From Bilabrum cf. latius (Eukaryota): a stretch of DNA of 64,000 nt. A program made the position numbers and the translations under genes. The DNA lies in assembly GCA_965178125.1 (NCBI GenBank), contig OZ237776.1, positions 372,001 to 436,000 on the forward strand. Direction: 5' to 3'. Below are positions 30,001-41,800 of the stretch, piece by piece; the first letter of the stretch is position 1; every line of letters starts with the position of its first letter. The notes beneath the pieces were generated by a model. It was given only the letters and a program-made list of their open reading frames with translations, was not told the origin of the DNA and searched no databases.

Positions 30001-32498
30001 CCCTGCAGCTGACATGCAGGCGCTACAGGCTGGCTGAGCGGGTTGTGTTTGACCAGGTAGGGTTCCTGTACCACGGCTATCGCAAGCCGCTTCCCCCTGC
30101 CGAGGTCGAGCGACAGAAGAAGTGGACAGAGGACCAGGTGCATCAGGCCAAGGCGGACAGACCCGACGACGAGCACTTAGATTCTACTCCCACCTTTTGG
30201 TACGAGTCTGTCGTCATGTGTAGGAAGGCAGTAGTGGTGTGCTTGGCCACCTTGGTCAAGGATCCGTACTTTGCAGTGATGACGTCGGTCGGAATCATGG
30301 TTTTATTTCTTGCGGTCCATCAGACCGTGCGACCGTTTCGGCAGACTCGGTTCAACACCCTCGCCACTGTGGGTCTAGTCGCCGTGATCCTGACCTAGAT
30401 CATCTCGATCTTCTACTTCTCCGCCGAGCGGGCTCTCCTGATGAAGCAGTCGATTGCCAGCGGGGTGGAGACAACAGCGGCGGAGCAGGAAGTGCAAGCG
30501 CTGGGACTGAGCACCGGCAACTCGACAGAGGGCGAGGAGGATTTGCTGCTGTCCGCCATCAACGACGAGGAATTGGAGGCCGCAGTCAGCGCTACAGAGG
30601 CTGTCATCACGAGCATGCTGCTGCTCGTGAACGCAATCCCCTGCGTCCTTGGCTTCATCGCGTTTTGGCAGGCAATCGCGCACGACTACATGGTGCAGCA
30701 CGACCTCAAGAAAGAAGCCGAGAGGTTGAAAGAGACTGCAGGTGCCAAACTTGTCCTTGATGCGATCACCAAGGGCACACCCATTGCAGGCTAGAGGACT
30801 CTGCCCCGTACAATCAGGCCAAGCAGTGAATCACTGCGCCGAATCTCTGATGTGAATCCAATGCACAGTGTTCGCAGCTTGTCGAGACTCCACGGCGATC
30901 TGCAGGCCGGCCCCCAGTCGCAAGACTTGGTGGCTGAGCTCATCGTAGCAGCACGACCAGAACGGCCGCGGCGTACTGTTCCCATGGATCGCGAGGTCGC
31001 TGCCGGCAACAACGGACAGCAGGAGGAGGACGTGGTTCCTGCAAGGGGCTGCCGGCGGTTCGCGCAGATCCTATTCTGCTGCGGCTCTGTGTCCGCCTGC
31101 GATTGTCGGTGGGTGCCCATCGAGAGCGTGCTGCAGAAGACGCAGGACCACGCGGCCATGGGGTGCTGCTCCAGGGGCTGTCTCAAGTGCTGCGTGCAGT
31201 GCGGGTGCTGCTGCGTGTACCAACCAGGCGAGCGGATCGGGCATCTGAAGACCGCGTCAATGGCGCATCAGCTGGTCCAGAAGGCATTGGAAGGTGTGCG
31301 CAAGGAGCTGGACGGTAAACGTGGTATTGTGAAGAGTTCGCAAACTATGCTGGACATCATGGATCGCTCGCACCATAAATCTGTGCCAACTGGACCTAAT
31401 AGACTGTCAGCCGCGTCTGACCGGGGCGGCGCTAGCCAGCCAGTTGGCTCTATCCAGCGGCATCGTTCTCAGGACGGCATTGCGCAGACTCACAGCGCCC
31501 GCCTTGCCCATATAGACAAGGCAGCCGACTCGGCCACCTCCGTGGATCACGTCGTACCGATCCTGACGAGGCTCAAGGCCGCGCGGTCGCAGATGAGGCA
31601 GGACAAGAAGATGGCGATTCGCAGGACGAAATTGGCTCCCGCGCACGGCCCTCAGACGGTGTTTGGCGCGAACCCCATGCACCAGGGGAGGGGGTAGGCT
31701 GGGCGTGCACGGGGGAAGACTGGCACAGGGCCACCCGAAGTTGCCTCTGCGCTCGCTGCGGGGGCCATGCGAGGCCTCTTCCCCCTGAGAGGATCCAGGG
31801 GTCGCAACAAGCGGCGCACCGGGGTGGGTGCCGGGACCGCCGTCCTCCGCAGCATGTCCCAGGGCAGCGCGAGGACTCGCGGAGGTGGGAAGGACGGGGG
31901 GGCGGCGGCAGGGGCGGATAGCGGCGGTAGCGAGGGCGAGGACGAGTCCACGAGTCGCTTGCACCGCAAGCTTAGCAAGCTGCGGGCGCTTGATAACGTG
32001 TTCCGAAACGACGTGCTGCAGCACGCCCGGAAGCAGCACGACCCGCTGGCTGAGTTCCTGTTGATGCGGCGCGAGCACGAGAGGGCAGAGAGCGAGATGC
32101 GGGCCGAGGACGAGGAAAAGAAGAGGATTGACCGGGCTGTAGCACTGGAGAGACAGGCAGCTCTACTGGCGCAGGCTGGGGCGCCGCGTACGTCTGGTGC
32201 TGGACGCCGGAGCCGCTCTGGTGGGAGGCGTGGAAACATCTTGGGATCGAGTCGGAGGATGGACGTCGCACGGGCTGGCCACGGCTTTGAGGCTCGCGAA
32301 CTGCTGGATTAGACGAGCAAGCTAAGGGCAGGTTCTTCGTTGGGGTCTGCGCGCAAGAAGGCAATCGAATCCGAACGTCAGGAAAGGCTGGAGCGAGCTA
32401 CTGCGATTGATCAGATGATCTAGAAAGCCAGGAACAAGTCTCCTGACGGGGGGGCGGATGCCTCCTCAAGAAAAGTGACCAAAGTGACCTTTACATAA
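3..32498 (+). CDS. Giant (>10,800 aa, 5'-truncated by window edge) cell-surface protein with a very large ectodomain, Cys-rich juxtamembrane region, ~7 TM helices and cytoplasmic tail; requires TAG=sense
   Basis: 49 consecutive + strand ORFs in the track (387..632 to 31767..32312) share one frame (start mod 3 = 0) and all end in TAG. Manual translation of the gaps found only TAG (about 100 in total) and no TAA/TGA until TAA at 32496-32498. The frame is already open at position 3. Confidence 0.93.
123..230 (+). other. RCC1-like/crinkly-type repeat within the giant protein
   Basis: Translation FTDISCGSTFVCGLV...PPVCWG matches the ISxGxxFxCGL...CWG pattern of RCC1-like/CRINKLY4-type beta-propeller blades. 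Confidence 0.5.
4360..4825 (+). other. Possible C-type-lectin-like domain within the giant protein
   Basis: LSWDQAMEAC ... CMYMHPNATVLSAGSCSTPRSYLC resembles the W-x-x-A-x-x-x-C start and C...C...(Y/F)xC end of CTLDs. Confidence 0.45.
9030..14350 (+). other. GG[A/G/S/C][I/V] repeat region (Pmp-like/parallel beta-helix repeats) within the giant protein
   Basis: Recurring motifs LGGGGI, AGGAI, DGGAI, GGGIL, VGGSI, HGGAI, GGGAV, DGGAL, YGGVI, NGGSV, DGGIV, QGGLI, GGGCI, LGGSI, VGGAI, YGGVL. Confidence 0.65.
16260..28930 (+). other. Dispersed repeated Ig-like/beta-sandwich modules within the giant protein
   Basis: Recurring G-x-x-x-F-D-x-[LVI]-x-[VI]...C motif: GRVRFDQVSVQ..IEC, GQVCFDRIGL..VQC, GHYVFDDLRIQ, GICTFQRLQIE, GAAIFDNLQVR..FRC, AFAFDALYVR..FSC. 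Confidence 0.5.
28985..30680 (+). other. Cys-rich (CxxG/CxxC, ephrin-receptor-like) stalk followed by a ~7-TM region
   Basis: CRPGQF..CNSCP..CFTCP..ADCSGG..LRDGFY..CPNREVC..CEFGYTGPLCAQC, then hydrophobic helices with RIMLNYLQ, YLQTDFSVEC, GFLYHGY, FWYESVVMCRK and RPF motifs typical of a protist Cys-rich 7TM-like family. Confidence 0.8.
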
Positions 32499-32550
32499 TG
32501 CATTAATGACTGACTCATCCTTTTGGATGTTTAGATTTGATCTAGGTATC

Positions 32551-32580
32551 CGGATCCCCTTGCGACCATAACTGTCCCAA
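32551..32580 (+). repeat. Left terminal inverted repeat CGGATCCCCTTGCGACCATAACTGTCCCAA
   Basis: Reverse complement of 35281-35310, with a 28-bp perfect core (32553-32580). The sub-motif AACTGTCCCAA recurs at ~32788. Confidence 0.92.
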
Positions 32581-32880
32581 GCTGAACGGCAAAATTCCCA
32601 ACTTCAGTCGCAAAATTCGGAGCAATAATGTCCAACTATGGCCCTGTCCTTTTCGGTGATGAAGCAGGTTTTCAAGGAGATTTCAAAACTGTAACCAGAT
32701 TTTCAGGACGACATGTTCTCTTCAAGCTATGACCGACCAAAGATGGCGGCCTTGGCGGCCGGCATGATCGCGCCTGGTAAAAATCACAACTGTCCCAACT
32801 TCAAAGTCCTAAATATCTCGCATTTCACACTTTTTTTTCAGGTTTTCAGTATAACAGCAGTATAATCATATATAAAAATA

Positions 32881-35210
32881 TTAAGTTCGACGCTTCTTTG
32901 AAGCTGGCATGGCCCTCTTGTTGCTTGCAGCCTAGATCTTCGCGATCTTGGCCTTGAGGGCCTGATTCTGAGCTCTCATTGCGTCCAGGTTGACTCTAGC
33001 CTCCTCAAGCTGCTCAATAATCTCATCTGTGGACTGATCCTAGAGTGGGCGGTCGCGCATCTGATTTTTCCGCAGCTAAGCGGCGTCACCCCCGCCCCCC
33101 CGGGGCCCGATGGCCCCACGGTTGCCTTGCAGCCCCTTCAGCCTTGGTCGCCTTTTCTGAGATTGTTGTGCCCGAGCTGCGCTTTCAATCTTTGCTTGAA
33201 GCCCCAAACCTGCTAATCTCAGGAATGCAGCCGTGTTGGGGCGTCTCTTCGCCAGGGCATCATGGGCGCTCACCACGCGCTGGGCGCTCGCCAGTCCCCC
33301 GAGGTTGTCAGCCGTGGCAGGCCCAAGCACAGCAGACGAGGATGATGACTACGGCTCAGATGCGCCTGCTCCACTGGCAGCCGTAGTACTCTTCACGAAA
33401 GATCCTGACTCTGTCGGGATACTCTCCAGTATTTTGGCTACGTCTGACAGCTCACTACCACTGGCCCCCTCCCGGGCCCTCTGCAGCGTGGCCCTGTGCT
33501 GCTTGACTTTGTCCATGTCAACTACAACGGAAGGGTTGAACGGGAGAAGTCCGCACTTCTTGAATCCACTAGCAGCATTCGAAGCTCGAAAGCTGTGGCT
33601 TGCGCAGGTCAAGACCAGCGGTGCGATCCACTCCTCGCCTTCGCTAGTGCCGACTTCTTTGCCTCCGGGGCAGACGCCATGTATGCTTCCATGAAATGAA
33701 GCTAGCTCAGATAGTCACAGAAGTCTTTCTTAACACCACGAAGCTCTGCTTTGAAGGACGACATGCACGCGACGTCCAGGGGCTGCAGGAAGTGGGTGCT
33801 CATTGGAAGGAGGAGCTCGATGTCGATGTTGTTGGCAGCGCAGAACTTCCTGAGGCTCCGCTGGTCATGCGTCGAGTGGTTGTCCATCGTGAGCAGTACT
33901 CTAGCTGTGGGAGGGAGTCTCTCTTCCCTTCGCACTCTAGCTGCGTACTCCATCTTTGGAAGCAGCAGGGACAAGGACCCGACGTTGCTGTAGCCGGAGG
34001 GGGTCGCACAGAACACGATGATGTCGAGGAGCTCGATGTCCGTCTTGGCTAGCACCAAGAAGAGTTTCTGGACAGACGAGGGGTCCACAACATTCCCAGA
34101 TAGCCTTACCTCAGCTAGAATATCCTCGAGCTCCGCCTTCAGGCCGTCGTCGTCGAGCTTGCCCGCATCGCGCTGGGCTTGCGCACGTTGCAACCGGGCT
34201 GCCACATATTCCTGCTCGCGCTGGATCTCGCTTTTGACCTTTTGAGACTTGCCATCGTAGCGGAAAACGAGAAGGCCAGCAACAATTCCATCCTTCGCTG
34301 ATACAACAGGAACGAATGATACGTTTGTATTGGAAAAATGCGTCGCGCGAAGCGCAGCACGGGGCGATTCGGCCTTGACCACCAGACGATCCGCCCCGTC
34401 AACCCTTGCGCCCTACCCTGGCTGGGCATGCATTATGATCCCAGTCTCATCTATGTTTAACTACAATCGTTCGTGATAAATGCACGTCCCTGACACGACG
34501 ACGCCAAGCTCAGTATTGAGTACCAGGCCTCGTTTTGCTGCTCCTTCGCCAAACCAGTCCAGCAAGCACGTGTGGCTCTCCGCCACGCTACGATTGATTG
34601 TCTTCTCTTCACCTTGCAAATCCTTCAGCTTATGAGCCTTTAGAAATCTGGTTGACCACACACGCGATAGTGGCACCCCATCCTTGTGTGAACCAGCACA
34701 AAAGTCGTTGCGAAGGCCTGTTGCAGTTCGGCGCAGTCCTTCAAGCGTGAACGGCGCCTTCTCATCCTCTCGCAATATGACCAGCTTCGCAAGTGCCCGT
34801 TCAACATACTAGGGCAAATCTGTTCGCCAACACAAATCCTGTAGGGGGCACGTTAATCGTTGCTAGATTCGCTGGAATCGCTTCCGGACAGCGCTAAACG
34901 TCTTTTCTGGGTACACCTCATTTTGAATCTCTCGGTAGATTTCACTGTCATTTTGAACCTTACCGGGGTTTCTCTCCCTCCACACCTAAAGCTTTTGCTT
35001 GTAAATTATATAATCTGCTTGCTGCGCTTCATATAGTCGCATCTCAGGCTGCTCAGCTGTGCATTCTTCTACCGAGTGCTCCAAGGCCGTGCGCCAAGCG
35101 AGCACACGATTCACGTCATCCACAGACACCTGAAGGATAGCCCGAGTATCCGAGTCGTCAATTGCGTCGAGTATTGATGATTCTTTAGAACTGGAGGAGG
35201 ATGCTTGCAT
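32881..35210 (-). pseudogene. pogo/Fot1-like transposase (HTH_CENP-B + DD35D), ~776 codons, one apparent frameshift near 33610-33700
   Basis: ATG at 35210; HTH region (..ERALAKLV..APFT..PLSRVWSTRFLKAH); catalytic NIDETG, LLTMDNHSTH and FLQPLD with 35 residues between D2 and D3. The first frame hits TGA at 33609-33611, while the expected GFKKCGLLPFNP motif and the C-terminus (PASKKRRT, TAA 32881-32883) lie in another frame. About 10 in-frame TAGs. Confidence 0.8.
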
Positions 35211-35280
35211 AACTCTAGAATTGAGACCTGTATGAGCTCAAGAAGTGGTCGCATTTGAATCTTGGGACAGTTGCAGTTGG

Positions 35281-35310
35281 TTGGGACAGTTATGGTCGCA
35301 AGGGGATCTG
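35281..35310 (-). repeat. Right terminal inverted repeat TTGGGACAGTTATGGTCGCAAGGGGATCTG
   Basis: Pairs with 32551-32580. TTGGGACAGTT is also repeated directly at 35262-35272, a likely transposase-binding subterminal repeat. Confidence 0.92.
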
Positions 35311-35497
35311 TTCAACGAAGCGACTCGGAGTTAGGCCTGGGCATCAATAATGCAATCCAGCGGTACCGCTAAACAATACGAATTGAAACACAAGGGAGGA
35401 TGGCACTTCAATAACTTCTATCTGTTATTGCCGATGCGCCTGGGTCAATTTATCTCTGACACATTGCAGTAAAGGCAAAGGAATTTGAATCGCTGCA

Positions 35498-38400
35498 ATG
35501 GGCATCAAAGGCCTGCTTCCAGCCATCCGAGGCCACGAACGGCGCGTTCAATTACGTGATCTGTAGGGTTTAAAAGTAGCCGTCGATGGTATGGTCTGGC
35601 TGCATCGTGGAATTCACACATGCTGCGACACCTTGTGTTCAGGCAAACCGTCGGCCAATTTCGTTGCGTTTTGCATGGGGAGGATCAAACTTCTGACCTC
35701 TAGCGGTATTCAACCGGTAGTTGTGTTTGATGGGTCTTCTCTCCCGGCTAAAATGGCCACAGAGGAGAAACGAGAACGGTGAGACGACTGTGCCAGGCTT
35801 ATGCTCGTCCACTCATTTTGAGCTTGTAAGACGCAAATCACCGGCATCTTTCATGTATTACCTTTTATATGTTGCTTTTTGACATGCTGCTAGCGCAGGT
35901 CCCGGTTGCAGGCGTTGCGCCAGGCTGTAGAGCTCTCCAATGCCGGCCAGCACGGCAGCGCGCGCCCACTGTTTGCACGAGCTGTGGACGCTTCCCCGAG
36001 ACTAGCAGCTTTGTTCATGCGAGAGCTAAGAAGATATAGTATCCCCTTCTTTGTGTCACCCTTTGAAGCAGACGCCCAGCTTGGCTGGCTAAGCCGATCT
36101 GGACTCGTTGATGCGGTCCTCAGCGAGGACAGCGATTGCCTCCCCTACCGCTGTCATCGCGTGCTTTTTAAGCTTGACAAGGACGGCAACGCAATTGAAA
36201 TGACGCGACCGGAACTTTTCCGCTACTGGGGGGCAGGTAAGCTCCCGCTTGCGTCCCCCATGCAGGCTACCAGCGGCACTGCTGCCACCGCAAACATACA
36301 GTCTGGGACCGGTACTGGTGCTGCTGCTGCCGCCGGCCTGCATTCCATCGCATCGGTCCTACCCAGAATGGATCATTCCGCGCGCCTTTCAAAGGGCCGC
36401 TCCAGCAAGCCGTCCATGTTTCAGTCGTCCTCCTCCTCGTCTTCCTCCTCGTCTCGCGATGGTGACAAGATCGACCTGTCGGGTTTCTCGGACAGCATGT
36501 TCCTGGACATGTGTGTCCTGTGCGGCTGTGACTACATAGACTCGCCCAAGGGCATAGGGGCGGCCGCCGCGTGCCGGTGGGTCAAGCGGTTCCGGGGTGC
36601 CACCCAGAGGATGCTCAGCAGGATGCGGTTCGACGGAATCCTGCCGCCCGCGGCGCCGCGCAGCGGAACTTACGAGGACCAGTTCCGCAGGGCACGGATG
36701 ACGTTCCTGCACCAGACCGTGGTTGACCCCCGCACCGGCCGGCAGGTCAGGTGCCAGCCCCTCCCGCAGTCGGCAGAGGAGGCAGCCCAGGCAGCGATCC
36801 GCAAGGCAGTTCCCCAGGCAGACGCTGGTGCAGGGGCTGGTGCAGACACGAGCATGCCTGCAGAGAAGGAACCGTCATCTGCATCGTCTGTTACACCTTC
36901 ATCTTCGTCTTCGTCGTGGTTTCCGCTCGGCACATGGGCTCACGATCCCCCCACAAGGGAGCAGAGGCGTGCCGCGGAGGAGGCCCACCGCACCTGGGTC
37001 AGGGTGCGGGACGCAGACCCACTGGGCTTCCTGGGCTCCCCCATGCCCCTCGCGCTTAGCCGGGTGGTGGCATCCGGTGACTTTGACCCGGTGGCGGGCG
37101 AGTGGCTGCACTCGAGGCACGAGGCAGGGGCAGGGGCAGGGGCAGGGGCTGATGCGGGCCATGACGCCGCCATGGAAGCGCTGATGGAGGAGATAATGGA
37201 TGCCAGGGTGAAGGCAGGGGTCCCTCTGGGTGCATCACACGGTGGTGCGGCTGCTCGCGAGCAGGCCGGGAGGAGCGGTCCCCGCGGCCTCCTTGCATCG
37301 TTCCTGTCAGGGGCCCAGCGAGCCGTTGAGAAGGAGAGATTACAGCTGGGCACAAGTGCGAGTGCCGCTGGGGGGAACAAGAGCGGGGAGAACCGTGCAG
37401 GCAAAGATCAAGACGGGGGCAGAGCTGTTGCTGCTGCTGCTAATGCAAGGACAAGTGACAGGTCCTCTAGCTCGAGCAGCAGTGCGTCCGTCTCGACCGC
37501 TGCTTCTGCGCTCGCGGGCTCTGGAGTGCTGCAGCGGCTGAGGGGCAAGATGCAATCGAGGGTGCAGAGAGGATTTGCTGGGCTGGACGGCATGAGGATC
37601 GCTCCGCTGGGCGCATTTCGAGCTGGTGTGCAGATGAAGGCAGCGCGCGGGGCGCCTCAGGGCTTATCGGCTGGCTCCAGATCAGCGATACAGGCGGCTG
37701 ATTCTAGTGCTCGCGTCGGTACTCGAGCGGGGCACTTCTCGCGAAATGACACTTCTTCTGTGGCGGGGAGGTCGAAGCATGCCAGTGGCCTTGAGTGGGG
37801 GGGCGAGGGGCTAGCGAGTGCCGCTGAACATGAGCATGACATTGGCCCCCGCACGGCGGAGGAGAGGCACGTGGTCGGAACAGAGACATCTAGAAAGTAG
37901 GCAGTCGCACATAGAGACCAGCCTCATGCAGGTGCACATCTCAGCGCGAGAAGTGCAGGTTCTCGGTCCCGGGCCGCTAGTCTACAATCCAGTGCCCCAG
38001 CTGCACGCACGGTTGCATCCCGCTAGATGCACCCAGGCCCGACCTGGACGCCTGCAGGGCGTGCGAACGAACCGGGAGCGGGACTACAAGGTACTGACCT
38101 CTCAGGATTCGCACACCATGCCAGCGCTACCATTGGTATGCAACGCACGCTTGCAAAGGAGGAGGAAGGCAGGAGGACGGCGCCGGTGCTGCCCCTCGAC
38201 CTATTGCGCTCCAGCCCGCTTGCCGTCCCATCGCGTGCAGGTAGCCGGGTAGGACCCGCGGCAAGAGGCTCGAGGCAAGGCGGTCGCAGGAGTGGCCCTG
38301 GTGCAACCGTGCTGGCGCAGTTCGCGTATGACCCCCGAGGTGCCGGGCTGAGAGACCCGCAACAAAGTGGCTCGTATCGAGCCGCGGTGTCTGGCGCCAG

Positions 38401-38680
38401 GGATACAGGCGTTGGTAAACCCGATCCAATGCCAAGCCGAGGTCCGACCGTAGCCCCGCTGTCACCGATTGTGCCTAATGTCCAACGAGGGGGCCAGGGT
38501 GCAGGGCGTGACGCGCTCGGCGCCGGCAGAGCTGTCCAGTATACCCGCCGCCCCTTCAGCATATTGGACACTGTAGGACTGCCCGCGGGCTTGCGTGCTG
38601 ACGCTGCAGCGTCGCGGAAGAGGTCAGCGGTGTCCGAATACGAGCCAAGAAAGCGTTCGCGTACGGATACCGGGCGGTGA
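35498..38680 (+). CDS. EXO1: Exonuclease 1 (XPG/RAD2 family), ~1020 aa, 2 exons (35498-35778, 35899-38680)
   Basis: MGIKGLL...VAVDGMVWLHRG, VVFDG, SPFEADAQL, SEDSD, GCDY motifs. TAG at codon 23 (35564), 37898 and 38024 read through; ends in TGA. Confidence 0.92.
35779..35898 (+). other. Spliceosomal intron (120 nt) in EXO1
   Basis: GTGAGA...pyrimidine-rich...CGCAG; removal joins EEKRER to SRLQALRQA in frame. Confidence 0.85.
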
Positions 38681-38853
38681 GTGCAGTCTTGAGCCACAAG
38701 TGAATCGAATTGATCCAGAATTCAAGTTAAACACGACCCTAATTAAAAGCTGCAAGAATGCTTGCCATTGCGTAATAGTGGATCCATTGATCTTGCAAGT
38801 TTGCAAAGCTCTCAATCCATCGGATCCGAGAGATTCGGTGTGCTTCCATTTGG

Positions 38854-41800
38854 TTAGACAAATTGCCCGCCGATACCCACGCTAGCTCGTCCCGACAACA
38901 CTGCAACTTGGTCTGCCTCTAAACTTCGTAGCCGATCGTCGCCCCACAGGCTCATTGAAGGACCCTCTCGCTCCTCACGGTCAGCAGTAGCAATACCCAC
39001 GCCTGTCCCAAGGAGTGGATTCACCGTGTCCATGCTTGTGCGCCTACTTGTTGATGTGCTCACGGTTCGAGCACCCCGCTGCTTCGGGGTCTCCTTGGAA
39101 TCTACGCCGGTGTGGGCATCACTAGATGCGCCACCGACAACACTGGCATCCCGGTTTTGTTCCATTCGGTCAACCCTCGCCCCGCGGCCGTCGGCTTCCA
39201 CGGAAAATCTCCACTTCGTAGCCTTGGCTTGCTGCCAAGGCGTGGCGGCTAGCTCTATCCCATCGTCTGCCCCCGGTAGGACAGCATCATTGGTATCAGG
39301 CAAGCCACCTTCTTCGCTAGTTCTTCGTTCAACGGCCTCCTTGAATTGGTACGCCCGGCTTTGTTGGTGCAGCGCCTCGAGTCCCATGGAGCTAAGCAGG
39401 GCCCCCATCACGTGCCGGAGCACGTTCAGCGTGGTAAACACCAGTGCCAGCAGTGCCGTGAGGTTGCTACTCCACCCGCGACCCATCGTCAGGGCATATA
39501 CCTGCACTCCGAGCTGCACGGCGTCCTCTACAACCAGCTGGGGTATGCTCAGCAGCCTGACTCTGTGAGACAGCTCGCGTCTGAGAGACAGGTCTCTCGG
39601 CTCATCCGATGGATACAAACTGAGTCCTGGCCTGCGAAACAGCTGGCTAGACAACAAGTCCATTGCTTTTACACCAAAGAGCGAGAGGAACGAAACAGCA
39701 AAGACATCGCTCCAGTACCTGCCGGCGTGCTGCATCATCCCCTCCACCGGCCACACTCGAAGCAGGAACACGGCAACCGCGATGTTCACTGCCAATGCCC
39801 CCACGATAGACCCGAGGCCCACGCCCACCAGCACGGGCTCTTCACACCCGCTCTCCACCGCAAGTTGGTACACGAAGGTCGCGTCGCTCACGAAATCAAG
39901 GATCTGCAGCCCTGCGCCGGAGACAGTGATCGCGCCTCGAAACGTCGCCAAATTACTTTTGTACAGCCCTATGGCCAATGCAGCTACGATCACTGCCAGC
40001 AATAGAGTCAGCACCGATAGGCTGGCCGCATAGATCCGCAGCTGGGGGCACGCAGCTCCTGACTCCGCCAAGACCCACGCGCCATCATAGCATGGGCAAA
40101 TTCTCGCCTCCTCCGCCCCGAGAGCAACCACCACCTGCAGACCCACTGTGGTGTTGGCAGTCACAAGGCCCTACGAACTAGCTAGCAGCAGCATGCGCTC
40201 GTCCACGAGCTGCCTCACCGTGCGTGCTGGCAACACTTCCAGCTGGCCAACAGCGGAGCCATTCCCGTCTAAAGGCACCTGCAGAACCTCTATGAGCACA
40301 TTCAAGCGCCCGACCTGCTCCTCATCCCCCCGCACACTGACTACCTGCAGCCGACTGGCCCATCCCTAGCCTGATGCTTGCCCCAAGGCTGACAGGCCCC
40401 TCAGGTCCTGCATCGAAGCCGTCTCCACCACGGCCGATGGCATGCCTCGGCGCAATCGAGCAGGATCTATGCTTCCTTCTGCTTCCCGTCCCTAGAGCAC
40501 CGACACCTGCATGTACGCGGGCCTTTCTTTGGCTGTTCGTCCAGCCGAAATGGACGGGAAGGGCGAGGGCGAGGGTGAGCTGGAGGCCGAGGCAGAGGCA
40601 CTCGGCGACGCGGATGGCGTGCTGGAAGCCGAGGCGGATATTGAGGGCGTGGGCGAGGCAGATGCAGTGGTGCTGGGGGAGGGAGACGGGGGTGGCGAGG
40701 GTCTCGCCGACTGGTTGTACACCCACAGCCCAGCGCTGCTGATGCTCTTGTTCTCGTACGCCCCAAAGTACAGCAGCTCATCAGGGTGTCCCTCTGGCGC
40801 GAATGCGGTAAGAAATCTCGGGCTGGAGCTTTCGGGCCCGTACAGCAGATCAACCGCCAGAAACACGAACGACTCCACCGATGGATTCCACCCCCACAGC
40901 TCCGCCCCGGTCGATTCGCTGCTGCCCTGCATGTACAACGTCCCGCCGGGCCCCAGCGTGAGAAATTCAGGGGCGAATTCGTCGCTTGTTCCACCGGCTA
41001 TGACAGCTGGGGCAGCCTAAAGATCTGATGAATCCACTGCCAGCAATCGGGACTGCGAGGCCACGGCCACGGTGGCGGAAGGGTAGAACGAGATCCACCC
41101 AGGATCGGGGGCCCCGGGGAGCAGGCGCGGCTGGCTGGCGTTTCCCGATGGTGACCCGCTGGACTCGACCACGTACAGTTGCGCGGCGCCCGTTCCGTTG
41201 CTAGCGGCGAAGAAGAGTCCGAAAGGCGTTGCAAGGAGAGCATCGGGGTCCGAGCCAGTCGGCCTTGCCTTGCTCGGATTCAGGTTTGCGACCAGCTGCG
41301 GAGCAGTTGCCCCGTCGAACCACCACAGCTCCTCCCCCACGTCGACCGAGGAGGCGGCGAAGAACAGCCGGTCCTCGAAGACGGTCAGCTGCGTGGGGTT
41401 GAACAGGCCCTCCCGGAATGGGACCTCGTCAGAGACCAGCACGGGATCGCCAGAGCCCGTGTATCTGAAGAGCTCTCGGGAGAAAGGGCTCTAGCCAAAG
41501 GCCCGAAAGTACAGAGCATCGGGCCCCAGGCCTTGAAACCGGCATACGGACTCTGGAGAAGAGCTGCTGGGGGACGTCGGTGGAACCTGCGTTGCGTTCG
41601 CCTTGACGCGATCCACGAGCCGCTGCAGGTCGTACCAATACAGCTCCACCTTGCCTCCACTAAGCGTTGCCGTAAAATACAAGCGGCTCTAAAACTCGAT
41701 GATTTCATTGGGCGAAGAATCATCATCTCCGGGTCTCATGTCATCGACCAGCCAGGCGCTCCACCCATCTGACATCCAGAGCTCCCGTCCGTGCGCCGCA

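Larger units (their letters stand above)
32551..35310 (-). mobile_element. pogo-superfamily (Tc1/mariner-related) DD35D DNA transposon, ~2.76 kb
   Basis: 30-bp terminal inverted repeats with 1 mismatch flank a CENP-B-type HTH + DDE_1 transposase. Confidence 0.9.

Noticed and set aside
387-32312. Operon-like cluster of ~50 small co-oriented genes
   Set aside because: All share one frame, all end in TAG, and the gaps translate seamlessly, so they are fragments of one gene.
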